Part shown: positions 55,171-64,000 of the stretch, one piece after another
Position numbering within the stretch: the stretch's first letter is position 1
Layout of the letters: the number at the start of each line of letters is the position of its first letter
From: Octopus bimaculoides
Lineage: Eukaryota
Assembly: GCF_001194135.2 (NCBI RefSeq)
Contig: NC_068984.1
Span: 26,457,241 to 26,521,240 of the forward strand
DNA length: 64,000 bases
Direction: 5' to 3'
The notes under the pieces: generated by a model
Told to the model about the DNA's origin: nothing
The model's database searches: none
The model's input: the letters and a program-made list of their open reading frames with translations, nothing else
Program-made: the position numbers and the translations under genes

Positions 55171-55748
55171 TACGAGATGCATTCAAAAAGTATCCGACTT
55201 TGTTTTCCCCGCCAAAACTAATGTCTCGTGGGCAAAATCCTTTGGATTGGAGGTGACGGCACCCTTTCTGCGCATGCCTGAACATTTTCGCGCCGGTAGA
55301 CCCAGTCAATCCCCGGCTGTTACGCCGAGAGTGCAAACGTGTCGTGCGCGCTCGTTAGAATTTCGTTTCACCGAATGCACCGAGCAGAGATATAGCACCA
55401 TGTTTTACCGAAAGCTTGATGAACTCCAGCTCAAACCATCCAGAAGATTCAGCGGGTCTTTGGGGATGATGCAATGAGCAGATCGAGGAGTGGCACAACC
55501 GCTTTAGACCTCCGCATGGAAATCGCTCAGGACATGCTGGACTGTACAAACCACGATCCAGATTTCATGAAGACCATCATTATTGCGTTCGGTCATCAGG
55601 CGTGAAAACGAAAATCCGACGAGCGCACACTACAAGTCTGTACTCTAGGCACAACACTGGGGACCTTGCGCGGCCTATAAGCGCGAAAATTTTCACGCAT
55701 GCACAAAAACGATGGCGTCACTCTTTACCCAAAAGATTTTGTCTCACC
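55171..55748 (+). mobile_element. Internally deleted mariner derivative with inverted 5' arms; right terminus cut by a SINE fragment
   Basis: TA+CGAGATGCATTCAAAAAGTATCCGACT end. Transposase remnants TEQRY, QKIQRVFGDDAMS, IAQDMLDCTNHDPDFMKTII. 55585-55748 is an imperfect inverted copy of ~55210-55390. Confidence 0.75.
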
Positions 55749-58613
55749 CCTGACAACCGGTATTGGTGTGTTTACACTCTGTAACTTAGCAGGAGTCGGT
55801 TCGTTGGACTAACATTCTTGAAGGCGATGTCCCAGCATGACTGTAGTTTGAATCAGTGCTCCGTTACCTTTATTCACTTGCGGTACACTTATATTCTTTT
55901 CAAAATTCGGTGGCACAACTGAACTAAAAATATAACAAAGTATAGGGGAAAAATTATATTCATGTTACACTGCGGCACACCTAGCATCGTCTCGTGGTAC
56001 ACCAGTGTGCCACGGCATACCGGTTGCGGAGCACTGGTCTAAATGACTAACACATAAAAGACATAAAAGATAAAAGATATTGTTGCTAAATGCTGACGCA
56101 AACCTATCTCCAGGTTATCAATGCTCGGTACATATATTATTTTATTATAGTATAAGATATAGAGTAATGGGGGGGGGGGGTTGTTAATCAACTGTAATTC
56201 TCTCCTTTACAGCATTTGTTGTTTCCCAAAATTTAAGACAATAATATAAATCAAACAAACCTTTACATCATTATTTCCAAGTGGGTGTAAAATGTTAGGT
56301 ACGTTAATTTAACTGTGCCTTTCTGAGTAAATGTTGAAAGTATATGAATCACAACTTCCAATTTCATCTATAAAATAGCAATCTTCTCCAGTTGAATCAC
56401 AATCAGTTTTAAACCTAAGACGGTTCGTAGGTGTTAGTAAGATTCACGGCAACCAAGTTACAAACACGTTTGGTGTTTATAACCATTCTTGTTGCAGATA
56501 TTCTTCGAATCGAGAAGACTTATTTCTGAAATTATTGGATTGGCAAATTCGATAGAGCGCTGAAAAAATATCTTTTGGTATTTCAGGATTCAATTTCTTG
56601 TGGGTCTAACTTTGTATTTTATATCCTTCTGGAGTCGATTAAATATATAAACGATATAACCTGCTATATACTCTGCCCTTCAAATGTGTCGTTGCGCTTA
56701 TGTTTCAGATCTCCATTATGGAAAAAGACGAGTTGTTGGGTTGGTAGAAATGGTGACGCTCCAGAGTAAATATTTGCAATGTTTATTTATTTATTTATTC
56801 TGTGAAAACTAGCAATTGATTATCACCCCCACGTTTTAGAAATGGTCTAGTTACCTAAGTTAAACGAAACTATTTTTATAGTTGGAAACGGGAGAGTTTC
56901 GGTTCGGCAAATTGATTTTCCGTCTTACAGGTCCAGTTTCAATTCTAACTTGGAATCGCTTCACTTACATCACTAATAAACGGCTCCCCCCCCCCACTGC
57001 ATATCTAAAATTTCACGCCGATGTAAAAACAAAACATACCACACTAGTTAGTAGTAACAGTTGTATAAAGTGAACAGCTTGAGTTCCTTCTGTTGCTGAT
57101 GAAATTAGAGCTACATTTTGTGCTTGACTAGCTCTCACATAGATTTGGGTTTCTTGATAGATATACATTATTGTCACTGGTAAAAGTGCGAATGGTGGTG
57201 GCGGAGGAGGTTTGATGTGCCATGGTGTAAGGTGGTGGTGGTGGGGGGTTATGTTGGATCACAAATGTCCTTGAGAAAAAAAAATATTATATCATTGACT
57301 GAAAAGAAATATTTTCATTACCACCAGCGTGGATTTAGTGAAATATATACATAAGATAGGGTAAAGGATTCCTCTTTCTCCCAGTCTCTCTTTCTCACAC
57401 ACATGCACAATCACATAGAGAGATGTATAAGTGTGGCGAAACACTAAAACAAAAAGAAAGTTGTGGCACGTAATATCGAATTGACATTTCTCTGTTTACA
57501 TACTTCCACCGGTCATCACCAATTTTCAATTTCATATAAAATCGTGCGTGTATAAATTCCAAAGTGCCTGCGCGCACACATTAGATTTAAATGAAAGTGA
57601 ATTGTATGTCTTACAAAGGATAATTGAAGAAACATGTACGATGTATTTCATTTACTTTCTTCTGATTAATTAATTGGGTAACACTACAAAAGAAAAATAA
57701 TTATTTTCTGGATAAAATATTTCGAGGACGACAGAGCAATATGCTAACAAGAGTCTGCTGAGCTGCGTTCCATATTTTGGTTAAGGAGAGGTCATTCACC
57801 TTAACGTATGTTACTAATGATCTTTGGAAATCGTTTTAGCGCTGCATTTCCTCTCTCTCTCTCTCCAGTGTATAAGCCAAACATAAAGAAATATTTTTGG
57901 AACGGTGAATCTCGAAGCCGATGAAGCTATTAAAAAAACACAACACTTCGAATGCAAAATCTCGAGGGCCGCCTGTCATCTATATAGACTAGATGTAAGC
58001 TCGTGTCCCTTTAGCACCCTTCGACTTTTTTAACTCAAAATTTACACGTTATTATTTATAGCTTTATCTGCGTCGAGATTCACTGTTCTAAGAAGAAAAA
58101 AAACAAAAAAACAAACAAAATGAAGTCTTTCACATCCTCAAAGTTTCGAATTTTTTATGACACCATATCTAAATATTCATTAAGATACGAATGCAATTGC
58201 GATTTTGTCAGTGTACATATCAAATATTTTAGGTTGATCCAATCGACAATAGCCTCATATCAAGTTATAAATGCATACATCATATATATCTTGTTTCTTC
58301 TTTTATTGTTTTCAGTCATTGGACTGCAGTCATACTGGGCTCTGCAATAAATTCTTTAAGTCAATAATATCGGTAAAACTTCTCTTTGCATAAAATGATG
58401 CAACCGATGCACAATCAGACAATGCTACCGATAAGCCAATGACAGAGTCTCTAAGTTCCTAGAAATAGCAATCAAATTCATAATATAGTGTATCGGTTGC
58501 ATCACTCTATTCAAGGAAAAATTTTACCGACTTAAAGAATTAATTGCGGTGCTCCAGTATGGCTGCAGTCCAATGGTTAAAGACAATAAAATAAGAAGTA
58601 AGCACAATGCGAC

Positions 58614-58644
<31 letters not shown>

Positions 58645-59213
58645 TTTACATGAACCGACAATTACACATATGTACGCATATGTGTGCATATTTGTGTTAC
58701 GTAGACTCATATATATACAGAAAACTGGTCGCACAACTACTCGTACACATTCACATATTATCTCTCAATAAAATAATGCAGCCGAGTGTTCCCCAGATGA
58801 TCCGTTGTAGTTAAGCATCCAAATGCACTTGGGAACTTCCGATGCAGAAGTTCCAAACAACCACAATAGCAAAACTTATGCGTGGAACAAATGACATAAA
58901 CGTGTGTTTATCACAATTTCCCTTATGTGCACTCGCATACCATTTTATATTTTCGTTATATATTCATGTTCATTTTTATATGTTTATATGTGTTTATATA
59001 TATTTATGTATTTGTGTATTTTTATATAATTTTGTACATGCATTGATGTTTTTTACGGTTTTATGAGATTAGCCTTAAGTACTCCGATGTTATGAAGGAA
59101 AACTGTTTATCGATTACCTGAAGTTTGTGTCATCTATCGATGCCTATACTATTCATGTAGCTCATATTCTGAGCACTACATGGTTGTTCTATATAAGGAA
59201 TTATTTCTTTGTG

Positions 59214-59278
<65 letters not shown>

Positions 59279-59431
59279 CACTCTGCGGGATAGTTGGTGT
59301 TAGGAAGGGCATCCAGCTGTAAAAAGCCTGTCAAAACAGGCACAGAAGTCTGGTGCAGTCTTTTGCTTGGCCAGCTCCTGTCAAATCGTCCAACCCATGC
59401 CAGCATGCAAGGCAGACGTTAAACGATGATG

Positions 59432-59472
<41 letters not shown>

Positions 59473-59921
59473 CGCGCGTGCTGCGTGCACACATACACAC
59501 GGATCATAAGCACCAATATGAATGCAGCTATTCTTACATGCAAGTGTTAGTGTTGCATGCATATGAAGTTACAACATTCCTAAATTTCATTTTATAAATT
59601 TTGCAAAAGTATCTGATTGCAAGATACGAGAAATTGCAAAAGTGCAACATTTTAAACATGCAGTAATATGAATTTGCTTGCCACGAAATTCGAGGAGTAA
59701 CTATTATAAGTGATCGAATGCGGACAAATTTGAAATATAATAACGGTAGATATACAGTTGCGCACAAATATGTAATTAGAAAGGTCCAAAACGCAAAATC
59801 AGAAAATGAACATTACAAGATACGATATTCAAACTCCCAAATACGAATTACAAAGCAGGTTGTAAAAATCATGAAATTATTGATGTGCATGCGTGCGTGC
59901 GTGCGCGTGTGCGTGCGTGTA

Positions 59922-59979
<58 letters not shown>

Positions 59980-60842
59980 CGTGCGTGCGTATGCGTGTGA
60001 ATGTGCGTGTGTGTGTGTGCGCGCACATGTATGTGTGTGTGTACATAAGCATACATACACACTGTCAAGTTCGTGCTAATTTCATAGTTCTCTATCTCAT
60101 AATTTGTCAGCCAAAACTAAGAATAACTCACCTGCCCAGAAGGTGAGTTATCGGGCGCCAGACACCACACTGGTATTTACCTTCGAAGTCAGTTATCGGT
60201 TAAGTATTGTATTTCATTGCATGGAAACCAGCATTGAAATGTATATACTACTAGTTAGGCGGGCAATACTGACAGTATATTTTTGACTGTTATAAGGGGC
60301 GAAACGTTACAAACTGTATTCTAACCACATACAGTTTATCTTAGATATACTAATCCATGCTGTTTATGCACAAAAAATGTTTATTTCCCCGTAGCTGGGA
60401 CACTATGCAAATTAAACGAGAAATTCCAACTGAGTAATCGTTTGTGACTGATTTAAGTAGCGATTGTAGTTGCAGTCAATCATAATTACAGTGGTGTTTA
60501 CAGTATTACTGTTAATCTCATCTTTAATTATCCATTGCCGTTTTGAATCACAGAATTTTCAAATTCTTTGCAGCAATCGTGGTATTACATGTGTCTTTAA
60601 CGAGGAGTTATCGCTATTTCCACAATTTTCTAGTTCGTGGGGTTGGACCCACGGTAGATGTCGCGATTCTCCGGTTGCCAAACAAGCTGCATTGCAATTT
60701 CACTTTAAGAAATATAATCAGGAAAGGAACCCCAACTGAAGGTAACCGTCATTTGAAGCACATTTGCAGGCTTCAAAACGAAATATCTTGCATATGTCAT
60801 TAAATGCTTCCAGTATTTTTTTACTGCAGTTTAGGTCTATGA

Positions 60843-60857
60843 TCTACTACTACTACA

Positions 60858-60918
<61 letters not shown>
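60843..60918. repeat. (TAC)n microsatellite
   Basis: Direct reading; explains the poly-Tyr ORF 60764-61117. Confidence 0.95.
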
Positions 60919-60919
<1 letters not shown>

Positions 60920-61661
60920 ACGCGTCCATATATGTACTTTTCTGCATTGAAAACGCTTGTATTATACTTGACACATTTTTTTTTTTACCAAACACAGAGT
61001 CAACAAACGTATGTCACATACAAAATTAAAAAAAATAATAATGGCACGAATGAGCAGAAATCTAGCGATCAAATTTCAAATGCCGACGATGAATTCTGCA
61101 TAGAATACCTTCCGTAAATGAAGCGGTTACACCTCCACCGATAACACCTCCACACTGAAGGGAAGACTGCGAAAATCAAGAAATCTTGAAGGACGTAGGA
61201 ATATTGTTACAAACGATCTGTAAGGGACTCATATACAAATGTGAAGATAAGTTTTAATACAAAACATTGTTGTGTTCTCAATACAGAACTAAAAGTTGGT
61301 TCTCATATATACCTGTACACACGCACGCGTTTATGTGTAAGCATTCATGTAGGCGTAAGTACATACATACGAAATTACGTGGCTTGTGCTTCAGAATTTT
61401 ACTTCTCAAGCACGTGGAGCGCTTTGTAGCCACGTGGCTTCGGGTTCGGCCCCACTGCGTGGCAACTTGGGTAAGTATTTTTTGCCATAGTCTCGGGCCG
61501 AGAGTAGATTTAGTTGACGGAACGTAAAATAAATCCGCGCGGCTCGTGTGTGTATGTGTGTGTGTGCGTCTTATGAATCTATATAATATATATACACACA
61601 TTACATATGCGCGCACGCACACAAACAACCATTAAAAAGATGCATACATACATATATATAC

Positions 61662-61698
<37 letters not shown>

Positions 61699-61959
61699 TC
61701 AGTATACTTACAATATGGATACAGACAGGTTTATGTAATAATAATAATAATAATAACATAATTACAACAACAACAATCCTTTCTACTACAGGCACACGCC
61801 TGAGATTTTGGGGGAGGGGGCTAGAATTTAAACTGGACCTGTAAGACGGAAAATCAATTTGCCGAGACCTTTGGAGATATGCTGTGCTTGAGAAGACACA
61901 GAAAGAGTATGCCAGTGCAGCATACCCTTCAATCATTGCGAAATGAACTGCGAAGACCT

Positions 61960-62265
61960 GTTGAGTGAAGTGAAGTCACTGTCGAGGCCGATGACAGTAC
62001 CGTGTGATTGGCTCCCGTGCCGAGCGTGGTCGATGACAGTGCCGGTTGACTGCCGGTGATCATTGACAGTGCCAGTTGACTGCCGGTGGCACGTAAAAAG
62101 CACCCACTACACTCTCTGAGTGGTTGACGTTAGTAAGGGCATTCAGCTGTAGAAACTCTGCATAATCAGATTGGAGCCTGGTGCAGCTTTCTGGCTTGCC
62201 AGCCCTCAGTCAAACCTTCCAAGCCATTTCAGTATGGAAAGCAAACGTTAAACGATGACGATGAT
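61960..62265 (+). mobile_element. SINE/RTE-tail repeat
   Basis: CCGGTGGCACGTAAAAAGCACCC...GAGTGGTTGACGTTAG...AATCAGATTGGAGCCTGGTGCAG...AAACGATGACGATGATGAT; same family as 4240 and 8128. Confidence 0.75.
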
Positions 62266-62269
62266 GATA

Positions 62270-62271
62270 GA

Positions 62272-62351
<80 letters not shown>

Positions 62352-62620
62352 AGTATATATATATATGTATATATACATGTATATGTATATATACATGCAT
62401 ATATATACATGCGTACATATATATGTATATATGCATATATGTATATGTATATATGCATATATATATGTATATATATATATGTATATATATATAAATATAT
62501 ATATGTATATATATATGTATATACATATATATATCCATACATATATGTATTTATGGATATACATATATATGTATATATGCATGCATATATATATATATGT
62601 ATATATATATATGCATACAT
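62270..62620. repeat. (TA)n / TATG low-complexity array next to an N gap
   Basis: Direct reading; source of the IYIYIY ORFs. Many other (CA)n, (GA)n and (TA)n arrays occur across the window (e.g. 5735-5887, 7190-7275, 24615-24668, 26838-26936, 30866-30958, 33236-33415, 42370-42450, 54503-54591). Confidence 0.95.
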
Positions 62621-63091
62621 NNNNNNNNNNNNNNNNNNNNNNNNNNNNNNNNNNNNNNNNNNNNNNNNNNNNNNNNNNNNNNNNNNNNNNNNNNNNNNNN
62701 NNNNNNNNNNNNNNNNNNNNNNNNNNNNNNNNNNNNNNNNNNNNNNNNNNNNNNNNNNNNNNNNNNNNNNNNNNNNNNNNNNNNNNNNNNNNNNNNNNNN
62801 NNNNNNNNNNNNNNNNNNNNNNNNNNNNNNNNNNNNNNNNNNNNNNNNNNNNNNNNNNNNNNNNNNNNNNNNNNNNNNNNNNNNNNNNNNNNNNNNNNNN
62901 NNNNNNNNNNNNNNNNNNNNNNNNNNNNNNNNNNNNNNNNNNNNNNNNNNNNNNNNNNNNNNNNNNNNNNNNNNNNNNNNNNNNNNNNNNNNNNNNNNNN
63001 NNNNNNNNNNNNNNNNNNNNNNNNNNNNNNNNNNNNNNNNNNNNNNNNNNNNNNNNNNNNNNNNNNNNNNNNNNNNNNNNNNNNNNNNNNN

Positions 63092-63338
63092 AATAACAAA
63101 GAAACAAAAAAACAACAAAGTGAGGACGTGATATGGATAGTATTATTGGACGCTCAGGAAAGGAAAGAGAGAGTGTATGACGTTTCGGGCGTAGCCCTTC
63201 GTCGGAAAGATGGAAAGTTCGGAGAATGGAAGAACGGAGAAAGAGGAAAATGGTACCGATGCCCACGAGGTTACATGATGAAAAGACCGGAAGAGGAGGT
63301 GGTGGGGGAAAAGTTCTTTCTAAGATAGGAGAGTGAAA
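63092..63338 (-). mobile_element. ~245-bp dispersed repeat (copy 2) with hammerhead-like motif; probable Penelope terminal repeat
   Basis: Minus strand reads CCGACGA-AGGGC-TAC-GCCC-GAAA-CGTC at ~63205-63179; homologous to 48262-48505. Confidence 0.6.
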
Positions 63339-64000
63339 TGTATGTATGTATGTATGTATGTATATATATATGCATACATATATAGATGTATATATATGCA
63401 TATATATGTGCATACATATATATGTCTATATATGCATATATATATATATGTATATATACATATATATGCGTATATATATATATATATGTATATATATGTG
63501 GGTGGGTTGGTGGTGAATATATATATATATAGGGTGGGTTGGTGGTGAATTATTATAACACTGTTATGTAATATGCATTGTATGTATGTGAAAAAGAAAT
63601 AAATACTCAATACCTACTAATATATTGGTGTGTTCATGAATAACACTAAAAAAATGTGATACATTATATACTAAACGTTTAACTTAGCCAACACACACAC
63701 GAACACTCACAAATGACAACTATTTTAAGTAAATTGCCAATTCCGTATCGTAACAAAATACAATGATTTGATGTAAACCTCATTCATTCCTCGTGCTTCG
63801 TGTACGATATTAGTGAAATTTGGTAAATCCTTCTAGAAAATATATATATATGTATGTATGTAAATATTCTTTTATTCTATTATTTCTTTCAGTCACTTGA
63901 CTGCGGCCATGCTGGTGTACCGCTTTTAGTCGAACAAATCCACCCCAGGACTGATTCTCTGTAAGCCTTGTACGTATTCTATCGGTATATATATATATAT

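Overview
AT-rich, microsatellite- and SINE-saturated animal genomic DNA from a gapped short-read assembly. The SINE repertoire looks like that of a coleoid cephalopod (Octopus-like); this is an inference. The only host gene I can support is a Mox/Meox homeobox gene on the minus strand. Exon 2 (9080-8905) and exon 3 (4992-4867, too short for the ORF track) splice in phase 0 at homeodomain codon 44/45 and give a complete Q50 Mox homeodomain. Its first coding exon is not certain. The best candidate is a 34-nt coding micro-exon (18533-18500, perfect AG|GTGAGT donor, correct phase) encoding an eh1-like MNFSVKDFLVI motif, which would give a ~111-aa mini-Mox. The rest is a gene desert filled with transposon fossils (pogo/Tigger, RTE, rosa/DD41D-like, Charlie-type hAT, Penelope-like, Tx1-like, mariner). 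It also holds GG-terminated MITEs with 8-bp TSDs (Merlin-like, two carrying TTAGGG arrays), two mariner derivatives made of head-to-head 5' ends, and two copies of a repeat with a hammerhead-ribozyme-like motif. Most ORF-track entries are microsatellite or N-gap artefacts.
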